A stretch of 64,000 nucleotides of DNA from an uncultured Candidatus Saccharibacteria bacterium (GCA_964496425.1 CAZBZO010000004.1:23118-87117); one strand, 5' to 3'; shown: positions 25,224 to 34,426, counted from the first letter of the stretch. Notes: generated by a model from the letters alone, not told the origin. A program made the numbers and translations.

Positions 25224-27278
25224 CTAAATATCAAGCTCCGCCATCTTGGCATGGGTTTGGATGAAAGTTTTGCGTGGAGCGACTTCTGAGCCCATCAACA
25301 TATCAAATACTTTGTCAGCATCTACTGCATCAGTGATACCAACTTGCTTGAGAATACGACGAGCTGGATCCATTGTTGTCTCCCAGAGCTCTTCTGCGTT
25401 CATTTCTCCGAGACCTTTATACCGCTGGATATGAATCTTGGTAGATTTTGGTTTTCCACCCTTTGTTTCTGTTGTTTCCTCGCCGTTTTCTTCGGCCTCA
25501 TTTTCCTCACTCGAATCAGTCTCTTCTATTTCTAGATCTGGCGCATCTTTGCCGATAATACCCACTTTTTCTTCATCGCTATAAGCATAGAAAATCTCTT
25601 TGCCTTTTTTGATCTTATAGAGTGGCGGCTGAGCGATGTAAATAAATCCCCCATCGATCAGTGGTCGGAAATAGCGGTACAAAAGTGTAAGAATCAGTGT
25701 GCGAATGTGCGCACCATCCACGTCCGCATCTGTCGCAATGATGATTTTGTGGTATCGAAGACGTGAAATATCAAAAGTGTCCCCGATCGCTGTCCCCATG
25801 GCGACGACGAGATTTTTGATCTGTTCTGAGGCGAGCATCTTATCGAGACGTGCACGCTCAATGTTCAATATTTTTCCTCGAAGCGGGAGTATGGCTTGTG
25901 TACGACGATCACGGCCAGTCTTGGCTGTGCCGCCTGCAGAATCTCCTTCCACGATAAATATTTCTGACTCTGATGCATCTTTGGTCTGACAGTCAGCAAG
26001 CTTACCAGGAAGCGTCATACCTTCAAGTGCGCCCTTTCGAAGGACGGAGTCCTTTGCAGCTTTGGCAGCCTTACGAGCACGGACAGCGAGTATTGCTTTG
26101 CCGATAATAGCTTTGGCTTCTTCGGGATTTTCTTCCAAGAAATTTGAAAAAGCTTCACCGAAAACAGTGTTGGTCGCTCCTTGTGCTTCCACCGAGCCGA
26201 GCTTGCCTTTGGTCTGACCTTCAAATTGGATTTCACGAAGCTTGACCGATATCACTACCGTCAGACCTTCGAGCACGTCTTCACCGGTAAATCCTCCATC
26301 TGCTTCTTTGATATAGCCTTCCTTTTTTCCGTAGGAATTGAGAAGACGTGTGAGCGCAGTTTTGAAACCAGTCACATGCGTACCACCTTCTTGAGTATAA
26401 ATATTGTTTGCAAACGGTACGATCTTGGAAGATATATCGTCAACGTACTGAAGCGCGATCTCGACTTGAGCTCCTTCTGCTTCTTTGTCGACATAAAACA
26501 CGCTGCTGTGGATCGGCTTTTGATGATTGTTGTAAAACTTTACCAAAGACACCAAGCCACCTTCAAAATAAAATGAATGTGATGGCGCTTCAAGACCAAG
26601 CTCACTAAACCAAAACACATCGTCAAGGTCGAGCTTGCCTTCATGCTCTCGTGCATCGATGACTGTAATACGAAGACCTTTTACTAAATAGGCTTGCTGG
26701 CGAAAATGATTCACAATCGTGTTCCAATCGAATTTTACTTCTTTGAAAATTTCTATATCAGGCTTGAAGGTAATGATCGTACCACGAAGCTTTGAGCTGG
26801 CAACTTTTTTGACGGCAGCTTTTTTCTTACCTTGCGAATATTCTTGGAGATACTTGCCCCCGTCACGGTGCACCTCAGCACGGGTAAGAATCGAGAGTGC
26901 ATTCACCACAGATGCGCCGACACCATGAAGTCCTCCGGAGACTTTGTAGCCTTCCCCGCCAAATTTTCCTCCTGCATGGAGCGTGGTCATGACTGTCTCA
27001 AGCGCTGAAACTTTTGTTTTAGAATGAATATCAACAGGGATACCACGGCCATTGTCGGCAACGCGAACTCGCTCGTCTGGAAGCAAGGTGACTTCAATAC
27101 GATTACATTCGCCTGCCATCGCTTCGTCGCGAGAGTTATCAAAAATTTCCCAAATCAAATGATGGAGTCCTTCTACGCCCGTGCCGCCAATATACATACC
27201 CGGACGCTTTCGTACTGGCTCAAGACCTTCCAACACAGAAATGTCTTCTGCTCCATATGATTTCTTTTTTTCAGCCAT
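25224..27278 (-). CDS. gyrB: DNA gyrase subunit B
   Basis: EPVRKRPGMYIG, DNGRGIP, LHAGGKF, EGDSAGG, PLRGKILN, TDADVDG, QRYKGLGEM. Confidence 0.95.
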   Translation of the reverse strand: MAEKKKSYGAEDISVLEGLEPVRKRPGMYIGGTGVEGLHHLIWEIFDNSRDEAMAGECNRIEVTLLPDERVRVADNGRGIPVDIHSKTKVSALETVMTTLHAGGKFGGEGYKVSGGLHGVGASVVNALSILTRAEVHRDGGKYLQEYSQGKKKAAVKKVASSKLRGTIITFKPDIEIFKEVKFDWNTIVNHFRQQAYLVKGLRITVIDAREHEGKLDLDDVFWFSELGLEAPSHSFYFEGGLVSLVKFYNNHQKPIHSSVFYVDKEAEGAQVEIALQYVDDISSKIVPFANNIYTQEGGTHVTGFKTALTRLLNSYGKKEGYIKEADGGFTGEDVLEGLTVVISVKLREIQFEGQTKGKLGSVEAQGATNTVFGEAFSNFLEENPEEAKAIIGKAILAVRARKAAKAAKDSVLRKGALEGMTLPGKLADCQTKDASESEIFIVEGDSAGGTAKTGRDRRTQAILPLRGKILNIERARLDKMLASEQIKNLVVAMGTAIGDTFDISRLRYHKIIIATDADVDGAHIRTLILTLLYRYFRPLIDGGFIYIAQPPLYKIKKGKEIFYAYSDEEKVGIIGKDAPDLEIEETDSSEENEAEENGEETTETKGGKPKSTKIHIQRYKGLGEMNAEELWETTMDPARRILKQVGITDAVDADKVFDMLMGSEVAPRKTFIQTHAKMAELDI

Positions 27279-27296
27279 AGTTTTGGTAAATAAATG

Positions 27297-27324
27297 CCGC
27301 CAGAGGCGGATCCGCCTTTGGCGG
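27297..27324. repeat. 28-bp GC-rich palindrome (REP-like) in the gyrB leader
   Basis: CCGCCAGAGGCGGATCCGCCTTTGGCGG, with one mismatched pair. Confidence 0.75.
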
Positions 27325-27429
27325 AAAATAGTGTTTATAAAGGGTTTTTTCTACCCTTAGAGTATAGCATATTTACAACCACAATGGAAGTATGAGAAGG
27401 CAGTTTTTACCTTGCAAAATAAAGGTATT

Positions 27430-29253
27430 TTAGCGTATTTGCCAATTTTCTTCCTCTTTTATTTTTGCTGCTATTTTATCCATTACGGCATTGACTTCAA
27501 CATCGGTCAGGGTGCGATCGGGGGCTTGAAAAACGAGCCGGAACGCATATGACACTTTGTCCTCTTTTTTATATTCATCCACTAATTTCGGCTCATAAAC
27601 AAGCAACTCTCCTGCATTCTCTTTTATAACTTTATAAACTTTACCACTTTCGACTTCTGTTGGTACCCATATAGAAATATCGCGTGTGATAAATGGGTAG
27701 AGAGACCACATCGAAAATCGTTGAGTGTGGTGGTGTAGCTGTGAAGCAGGTAGCAAATCCCCGTATGTCTCACCACTTGCCACTTCCAGTTCATGCGTTT
27801 TTATAAATTCTTCAAGTGACATTTCAGTAAGATTTTTCTTGTCGCCATACGCCACATGTATCATTTCCCCTTTTTTCGTAAAGACAGTACCAATTTCAAA
27901 AATTTTTGCTTGCGTATTTAAAAGCGGTAAATTGCGCTCGTTGAGAAGGATGGCTTCCTTGATGCCGTCAGAGAGGTTGGTGCGGAGAAACTTTTTGTCT
28001 GACGCACTTGCTAATACCTCCACATCGCCCGTGTTACGAAATCCATAAGTCATGACTTCAGAATATTCATCTTTGAGAAGTTTTTCACGCGCATGGAGTA
28101 TGTGTAAAAATACTGGATTGGCCTTCGGTGCAAAATCAATCTTTGGAAGCACGGGGGTGATTTTGTCGTATCCAAGAATACGGCCGATTTCTTCAGCTAG
28201 GTCGTGAGGTCCCGTAAGATCAAGGCGCATGCACGGCACAGTGAATGTAAATAACTCTCCTTCACGCACAAATGTCCACGAGTAGCGCTTAAAAATATCT
28301 TCAATCATTTCGCCAGTCACCGCACTACCGAGATGATGATTGATATACTCGACAGTAAATTCGATTTTCTTTTCTTCGTAGGGCGCATGATTCACATCAA
28401 CAATTTCTTCAAAAACCGCATCCGGACACATCTCAGCAATCAAGGCCGAGAGTTCCATCATGCCATACGCTGCAGCTTCCGGGCTCAAATCATTTTCAAA
28501 TCGCTTGCGCGCATCGGAAAGTATGCCAAGCCGCGCACCAGTGCGGCGCACTGTGACAGGATCGAAGTTGGCCACTTCAAGCATGAGCTCAGTCGTGTCC
28601 TCTGCAATTCCCGAATCAAGTCCCCCTTTCACCCCCGCCAGAGCCAATGTTTTCCCTTCACCGTCCGTAATAACCATATCTGAATCCTGCAACTTCACTT
28701 TCATTTTTTCCGAACCCAAAAGCTCAAGTTCTTCTCCATCCTTCGCATTCGTAATTCGTAATTCGTAATTCCTAACTTTTCTTGTATCGAACGCATGCGT
28801 TGGCTGTCCGCAGTCAAACATAGTGAGGTTGGTCGCATCGACGATATTGTTGATACTCCGCTGGCCAATCGATTCCAAGTGTTTCACTACCCAATCAGGT
28901 GACGGACCGACTTTTATGTTACGGACGATCCGTCCCATATAGCGGCGACATTTGTCTGTTTGAATATCGATTTTGAGATTGGTTTTTCCAATATCGGTAA
29001 TTGTTTTGTATTTGGGTCTTGGATCTTGATATGCGAGCCCAAGTTGTCCAGCAAGCTCCATACCGATCCCATGATGCGATAGAAGATCATGCGCGCGATG
29101 TGGCAGAATATTGATATCAAAAATAGTGTCTCCGTCTGACAATTTCTCTACCCCCTCCACCTCACATAAATGATAGTTAAAAACATCCACAAGCGATTCT
29201 GCTTCAGGAATTTCGGGTACGTACCATTTAAGCCAGTTGTAAGAGATTTTCAT
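27430..29253 (-). CDS. pheT: phenylalanyl-tRNA synthetase beta subunit (shortened)
   Basis: MKISYNWL, RSINNIVDATN, GQPTHAFD, DLAEEIGRILGY, C-terminal FDX-ACB (RDISI...RTLTDVEVN). Confidence 0.95.
   Translation of the reverse strand: MKISYNWLKWYVPEIPEAESLVDVFNYHLCEVEGVEKLSDGDTIFDINILPHRAHDLLSHHGIGMELAGQLGLAYQDPRPKYKTITDIGKTNLKIDIQTDKCRRYMGRIVRNIKVGPSPDWVVKHLESIGQRSINNIVDATNLTMFDCGQPTHAFDTRKVRNYELRITNAKDGEELELLGSEKMKVKLQDSDMVITDGEGKTLALAGVKGGLDSGIAEDTTELMLEVANFDPVTVRRTGARLGILSDARKRFENDLSPEAAAYGMMELSALIAEMCPDAVFEEIVDVNHAPYEEKKIEFTVEYINHHLGSAVTGEMIEDIFKRYSWTFVREGELFTFTVPCMRLDLTGPHDLAEEIGRILGYDKITPVLPKIDFAPKANPVFLHILHAREKLLKDEYSEVMTYGFRNTGDVEVLASASDKKFLRTNLSDGIKEAILLNERNLPLLNTQAKIFEIGTVFTKKGEMIHVAYGDKKNLTEMSLEEFIKTHELEVASGETYGDLLPASQLHHHTQRFSMWSLYPFITRDISIWVPTEVESGKVYKVIKENAGELLVYEPKLVDEYKKEDKVSYAFRLVFQAPDRTLTDVEVNAVMDKIAAKIKEEENWQIR
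28747..28774. repeat. 7-bp tandem repeat inside pheT
   Basis: (ATTCGTA)x3 + ATTCCTA. Confidence 0.85.
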
Positions 29254-29256
29254 AAT

Positions 29257-29967
29257 TTAAAACTGATTAAGTCGCAAATCACCCTGGTAAAAGAGTCGCA
29301 CGTCGGGAATATTCCAGCGGATCATAGCAATACGATCAAGCCCGCCGCCGAAGGCGAATCCCTGGACTTTTTTCGGATCAAGGCCGAGATTTTCCAAAAC
29401 TTTCGGGTGAAGCATACCGCCGCCCATCATTTCAAGCCACTTACCTTTAAACTTAGCATGCACTTCCACTGACGGCTCGGTAAATGGAAAGAAGCTCGGA
29501 CGAAATTCAATTTCCGTGTCCTCGCCGAGCACCGCTTTGTAAAATTTGATCAATACGCCTTTCATATGGGCGAGCGTAATATCACTACCTACCATGCATC
29601 CATCGATCTGATAAAACTGCATTTCGTGTGTCGCATCAGTAGCTTCATTGCGAAACACTTTGCCGATAGAAATATACGCAGCAGGAATTCTTCCATTTTT
29701 CGCAGATTCCTCCAACATCCGCGCACTCACCGATGTCGCATGCGTACGAAGCACACCTGCTGCTCCCTTTTCACTTTTTGCTTCTCCTTTTATCCAAAAC
29801 GTATCTTGCATATCACGGGCTGGGTGATCTTTGGGCACGTTAAGCACATCAAAGTTATACCATTCGGTTTCCAGTTCTGGCCCCATGGCAATTTCAAATC
29901 CCAAATCAGCAAAAACCCGATAGGCTTCGTTTTGGAGGATGGTGAGAGGATGTTGAGTACCGTTCAT
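29257..29967 (-). CDS. pheS: phenylalanyl-tRNA synthetase alpha subunit (catalytic core only)
   Basis: HPARDMQDTF, LRTHAT, FRNEATDATH, FFPFTEPS, GFAFG. Confidence 0.95.
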   Translation of the reverse strand: MNGTQHPLTILQNEAYRVFADLGFEIAMGPELETEWYNFDVLNVPKDHPARDMQDTFWIKGEAKSEKGAAGVLRTHATSVSARMLEESAKNGRIPAAYISIGKVFRNEATDATHEMQFYQIDGCMVGSDITLAHMKGVLIKFYKAVLGEDTEIEFRPSFFPFTEPSVEVHAKFKGKWLEMMGGGMLHPKVLENLGLDPKKVQGFAFGGGLDRIAMIRWNIPDVRLFYQGDLRLNQF

Positions 29968-29969
29968 AT

Positions 29970-30197
29970 TTAACGTCGTTTTACGGAATATTTTTCCCTA
30001 CTCCGACTATAGTCTATCTTAAATGACCGTCCATCCTTATCCTTAAAATACGCTTTGTGATTTTTGTAAGCCTCTACAAAAAGCGCTCCTACCTCTCCAC
30101 GGTCAAGTTTGTCTAAATACTCAACACCCTTTTTATCGTCATCACTTTCATATGACGCCTCCCATTCTTTTTTTTCATGTATATATTTACTGCTCAT
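29970..30197 (-). CDS. small hypothetical protein upstream of pheS
   Basis: 75-aa ORF; TAAGAT 6 nt before the ATG; 2 nt from the pheS start. Confidence 0.65.
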   Translation of the reverse strand: MSSKYIHEKKEWEASYESDDDKKGVEYLDKLDRGEVGALFVEAYKNHKAYFKDKDGRSFKIDYSRSREKYSVKRR

Positions 30198-30258
30198 AGG
30201 TATATCTTAGCTATTTTACGAGAGAGCACAAGGGCAGAGAGTATGCTATCCTTTTTAT

Positions 30259-30378
30259 ATGACCCGCACGACCCTTGTCACCCTCATTAGCCTCATCATC
30301 ATTTTTGGCCTTCTTGGCTTGTATATTGGCTGGCGTGACAACGGTCCAAATGACACATCACCTAGCTTAGAACAATAA
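30259..30378 (+). CDS. 39-aa small membrane protein (not in ORF track)
   Basis: MTRTTLVTLISLIIIFGLLGLYIGWRDNGPNDTSPSLEQ*; TGnTATCCT box 6 nt upstream. Confidence 0.5.
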   Translation: MTRTTLVTLISLIIIFGLLGLYIGWRDNGPNDTSPSLEQ

Positions 30379-31459
30379 GATCCCGGAGTTTGCAATACTC
30401 ACATTTTTTTTCATTGCAACGCTCATTCCAAAACGAAAGGGTGATAATTTCCTCGGCAGTTTTTTGGATAAGTGCTGTGAGCTCACGCACTTCTTCGTCG
30501 GTGATTTCAAATTCTTCTTTGCGATACTTTCCGCTATCGTCGGGCTCAATAAAATCAAGTGTACCGGAATGCATCGACAATTTACCGTCATTGTAATGAC
30601 TCAAAAGTAATTTATAGAATGTCATCTGCCGATAATAATTGCCGTCCGCGCTTCGCGTTTTGCCCAAGATTTCGTTTCGTGTTTTTGGTTTGCCGGTTTT
30701 ATAGTCGACAACGTTTACAAGATTGTCATTCACAAACTCCAGCTTGTCGAGTACACCAGTGAGTTTGATGTCGCCTGCGATCAAAACACCGTTGATGCGA
30801 TATTCCGTGACACAATTAAGATTCCATGTACCAGCGTAGGCGTCGTACCAGCCTCCAAGTGAGCGAATACCTTTTTCACGCAGGAGCACGACTTCCCCAG
30901 GTGGAATGGATTGCCGGTTCAAGTATCCCTCAAAACTCTCAAGTAGAAAATCCTTGCCTGTCTCTTCTTCTTTGATGCGTTTGAAAAAGTCCTGGAGCGC
31001 ATGATGGACCGCAATACCGTAGGCTTGCGGGATCTCCGGTGCTTTGGGAATACGGATGAGATTGATATAAAAATATTTCCAGGGGCATTCGAGGTAGTTG
31101 TTTAAGGCAGTCGGTGAAAATCCTTGCGCACGGAAAAGCTCGGTGACAAAAGCACGATGATCTTCAATGCCGGACACTGGTGTGGCATGTCTAAAAAAAA
31201 TGTCACGATTCTTCAGATAGTCCTTTCCAATCGCTTCCGTATCTACTTTTTCAATAAGCTCGGGTTTTATTTCGCCAATAAACGAACTCGGCAATTGCTC
31301 CCTGCCATCATCATTCTCTCTGGCATAACTAATCGTCACGCCTTTCTTCGCCCGTGTCAGCGCCACATAAAATAAGCGCCGCTCTTCGGCGTTGGCGTCA
31401 TTTGAAGTATCAGCAATCTCTTCAGTCTTCTCTTTAATTTTAGCTTTAGTTTTTGGCAT
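30362..31459 (-). CDS. C-terminal half of a UvrD helicase-nuclease: helicase motif VI plus PD-(D/E)XK (RecB/AddA-like) nuclease
   Basis: EERRLFYVALTRAK, PSSFI, FSPTALNNYLECP, GVLDKL...VVDYKTG, Q-x-x-FY, C-terminal C..C..C. Confidence 0.9.
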   Translation of the reverse strand: MPKTKAKIKEKTEEIADTSNDANAEERRLFYVALTRAKKGVTISYARENDDGREQLPSSFIGEIKPELIEKVDTEAIGKDYLKNRDIFFRHATPVSGIEDHRAFVTELFRAQGFSPTALNNYLECPWKYFYINLIRIPKAPEIPQAYGIAVHHALQDFFKRIKEEETGKDFLLESFEGYLNRQSIPPGEVVLLREKGIRSLGGWYDAYAGTWNLNCVTEYRINGVLIAGDIKLTGVLDKLEFVNDNLVNVVDYKTGKPKTRNEILGKTRSADGNYYRQMTFYKLLLSHYNDGKLSMHSGTLDFIEPDDSGKYRKEEFEITDEEVRELTALIQKTAEEIITLSFWNERCNEKKCEYCKLRDLIVLS

Positions 31460-31510
31460 TAGTTCTATCGTACAGGAATGAGCTTAGGATTCCAAGTTAG
31501 TAAAAATGAA

Positions 31511-31529
31511 AAAGACTAACCTTGCTAGT
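31511..31529. repeat. left copy of imperfect inverted repeat (partner 32452..32470)
   Basis: AAAGACTAACCTTGCTAGT versus reverse complement AAGGACTAATCTTGC-AGT. Confidence 0.5.
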
Positions 31530-31607
31530 TTAAAATCTTGCCTTGTATTTTTCTCAGAGTGAGCGTACTATTGGGGTATTAATATATATATAAATTCTAA
31601 TACAAAC

Positions 31608-32351
31608 ATGGAAAACAAATTTAAAAACATAATAGAAAATAACCAATTTAATACAAATTTTAAGAGATTAAGAAATTTTCTGGTTGCTTCGTTAGCTGTT
31701 TTTTCACTTAATAAAGCGGAAGGTCAAGCACTCAAAAAAGATTTGATGATAAGCCCAGAACAACAAATTTCAATTATAAATGAGATACGCACCATTGATA
31801 GTTTGGTGCTAGAGCTCACAGATCGTTTTGGTAATAAACAATCATTGACTGAATTGGTAAACGAAAAGGAAAAAAGCCTCGCGGGTCAATATGGAGAAGA
31901 TTATGTGAATAAATATGTATCTGCGACAGACCCTAGATTTGTTGTTTACAGATACGGAACTAATATAGAAGGTCCAGTTGAATTTAAAGATGAAAATTTT
32001 CCCGCTGATTATCCTATAAAACAATATCGATATTACGGTTCGCATGGTAATGATATTTATATAGGTGATAAAAAATGTGAAATCGTTTGTAGTTATGCGT
32101 ATGAATCATCAACCGATTCTACAAAACAAAACATAGTAAATGTTATAGATTATTCGGGAGATATCCCACTTACTGAAAAGTGTAACGATACTTTAAATTT
32201 TGCAAAGTTCGGCTATACTGAATCTGAATCTACAGATGTATCATTAAATAATAAAATGTCTGTTCATAACTATACATATGAGGATTTGATTGAGAATCTT
32301 AACAATGTAAATGCTTTAATAAAATTAGAAATTTCTAAAAAAAGTAAATAG
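31608..32351 (+). CDS. AT-rich orphan secreted protein
   Basis: Signal-like segment LRNFLVASLAVFSLNKAEG-Q; visibly AT-richer than the flanking genes. Confidence 0.75.
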   Translation: MENKFKNIIENNQFNTNFKRLRNFLVASLAVFSLNKAEGQALKKDLMISPEQQISIINEIRTIDSLVLELTDRFGNKQSLTELVNEKEKSLAGQYGEDYVNKYVSATDPRFVVYRYGTNIEGPVEFKDENFPADYPIKQYRYYGSHGNDIYIGDKKCEIVCSYAYESSTDSTKQNIVNVIDYSGDIPLTEKCNDTLNFAKFGYTESESTDVSLNNKMSVHNYTYEDLIENLNNVNALIKLEISKKSK

Positions 32352-32451
32352 AAAATATTCTATCTCCAGGTTTAACCTGGGAAGTTATGGATTTGGTCAC
32401 CAAAGTGGATAAGTGGAGCGAAAATTTGACAAGCCTCCTACTAACAAGGTT

Positions 32452-32470
32452 TACTGCAAGATTAGTCCTT
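32452..32470. repeat. right copy of imperfect inverted repeat, overlapping the helicase stop codon
   Basis: TACTGCAAGATTAGTCCTT; its reverse complement matches 31511..31529. Confidence 0.5.
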
Positions 32471-34426
32471 ACTAGTGGTAAGTTGATACACTCTATCGAT
32501 CAATTTTAACCGCTCCACATTTCTTTTATCACCAAAATGGCCAGCATAGGCGTGAATGATGTAGACGTATTCAAACTCTAGTCCTTTGGCGCGATGTACC
32601 GTCATCAGTCGTACTTTGTTTTTATCGAGTGTTCCCTTTCGTCTCCTGATGAAAAGATTGTGCTCACGGATGGTGTCGATGTAGGTGAAAAAGTCAGCTA
32701 GTGTGGCACCGGATTTGCGTGCAATAATTTTTCGTGCTTCGTCAAAAAGATTGGAAAGCGCATCCATCCGCTCTTCGAGCGCAGGACCTTTGAGGATGCT
32801 ATCGAGGAGTCCGCTTTCGGTCATAACTCGCTCGAGAAACGGCAAGAGTGGTTCGTTGTGGCTTTCACTGACCCAGTCTGACAATCGGGAAAACATGTTC
32901 TCAAGCGCAGTCTTATTTTCTAGCGGGACCCTAGCTAAACTCGCTTTGTCTAAGAGAAAATCATACAGTGTTATTTTGGTCGCTGTTTCATCATTTCCAC
33001 GAACATCATATGCGCTACGAATCACGCGATAGACATCGAGTGGTGCAATGCCCCAGAGATCAACATGGAGTGCCGTAGCAAGTATTTCATTGTTGCCGTA
33101 TTCATGAATAGCACGCAAGACGGCAATAAATTTTGCTACATCGGGCTCGGAGAAAAGATCTTGATCGGACTCGATAGTATACGGAATATTCATTTTGGCT
33201 AAAATATTGGCCATCGGAAACGCATCGGCATTGTTGCGATACAATACGGCAATCTCGCTAGCTGTAACTCCTGATTTTATTTTTTCTTTAATATCTGTGG
33301 CGACAAAATAGAGCTCTTCATCCGTCTTGGCGAATTCTGCAATTTTGATTTTTGACTCAGAGTGATTGCTCTTTGCTGCAAGCGATTTTTGGCTCGCAAT
33401 CAAACTCTCTGCCGAGTCGAGAATGGATTGTGTCGAGCGGTAGTTTTCCGAAAGTGCAATCAATTTCGCGTCAGAATACATATCCCGGAAATAATAAAAG
33501 TTTTCAAGCGATGCACCTTGAAAGCGGAAGATGGCTTGTTTTTCGTCACCCACGACAAAAAGATTTGGGCTCGAGTGGAAGCGTGCCATAAGCTCGAGGA
33601 TTTTATTTTGCGCATTGTTGGTGTCTTGATGCTCGTCGACCAGCATGTACTGGTATTCTTCTTGGAGTATCTGGAGAAGGCCAGCATTATCGGAAAGCGC
33701 TCGTAGTACTTCCATAATCATATCGGTAAAGTCGTAGAGCTTTCCCTCGGCAAGCACTTTTTCATAGGCGCTATACATCACCCCAAGTTCCTTATTTTTA
33801 GCAATCAATTTTTCAAGTTTGAGATACTCCCCTTTCACCTTACCTATGTGTGCACCTTTGGCATGCACTTTATCTGGAATATTTTCATACGCTCGCTCTT
33901 CCGCCGCCACAAGCTCCGCAAAACGCTCGCAGGATATGCCTTCGCGCTTAAGCTCGCCGATCGATGAGACAATATCTCGCACATATAAATATCGATCACC
34001 ATATGGTCGCAAAAGAACGAAGGGAATATTTTTCTCTTCAATCAAATCCTTCACCACCCCGACTTGATCCACTTCGGTGATCGGCCGCGAGCCGATAATG
34101 CGCGGAAAATATTCTGGGTAGGTGTTGATGATATGCTCAGCAAATCCGTGAAATGTATGGATGGCGACCTGATAGGCCTGTGAACCGATCAGGCTAGCCA
34201 GACGCTTCCGCATGTTGGCAACTGCTGCTTCAGTAAAAGTAAGTGCCAATATCTGCTCCGGTGCGGTATCTGTACATTTCAAAATGTTGGCAATGCGAAG
34301 CGTGAGAATCTGGGTCTTCCCGGTGCCGGGACCCGCGATCACCATGACCGGCCCTTCAATCATATCGACAGCTTCTCGTTGGGCACTATTGAGCTTTTTG
34401 TATTCTTCTTCAAACGTCGGTTCCAT
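32462..34426 (-). CDS. UvrD/REP SF1 helicase, N-terminal part (motifs I-V, no motif VI)
   Basis: LNSAQ, AGPGTGKT, LTFTEAA, TFHGF, VDEHQDTN, VGDEKQAIFRFQGA, NYRS, MTVHRAKGLEF, then a stop about 35 aa later. Confidence 0.92.
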   Translation of the reverse strand: MEPTFEEEYKKLNSAQREAVDMIEGPVMVIAGPGTGKTQILTLRIANILKCTDTAPEQILALTFTEAAVANMRKRLASLIGSQAYQVAIHTFHGFAEHIINTYPEYFPRIIGSRPITEVDQVGVVKDLIEEKNIPFVLLRPYGDRYLYVRDIVSSIGELKREGISCERFAELVAAEERAYENIPDKVHAKGAHIGKVKGEYLKLEKLIAKNKELGVMYSAYEKVLAEGKLYDFTDMIMEVLRALSDNAGLLQILQEEYQYMLVDEHQDTNNAQNKILELMARFHSSPNLFVVGDEKQAIFRFQGASLENFYYFRDMYSDAKLIALSENYRSTQSILDSAESLIASQKSLAAKSNHSESKIKIAEFAKTDEELYFVATDIKEKIKSGVTASEIAVLYRNNADAFPMANILAKMNIPYTIESDQDLFSEPDVAKFIAVLRAIHEYGNNEILATALHVDLWGIAPLDVYRVIRSAYDVRGNDETATKITLYDFLLDKASLARVPLENKTALENMFSRLSDWVSESHNEPLLPFLERVMTESGLLDSILKGPALEERMDALSNLFDEARKIIARKSGATLADFFTYIDTIREHNLFIRRRKGTLDKNKVRLMTVHRAKGLEFEYVYIIHAYAGHFGDKRNVERLKLIDRVYQLTTSKD

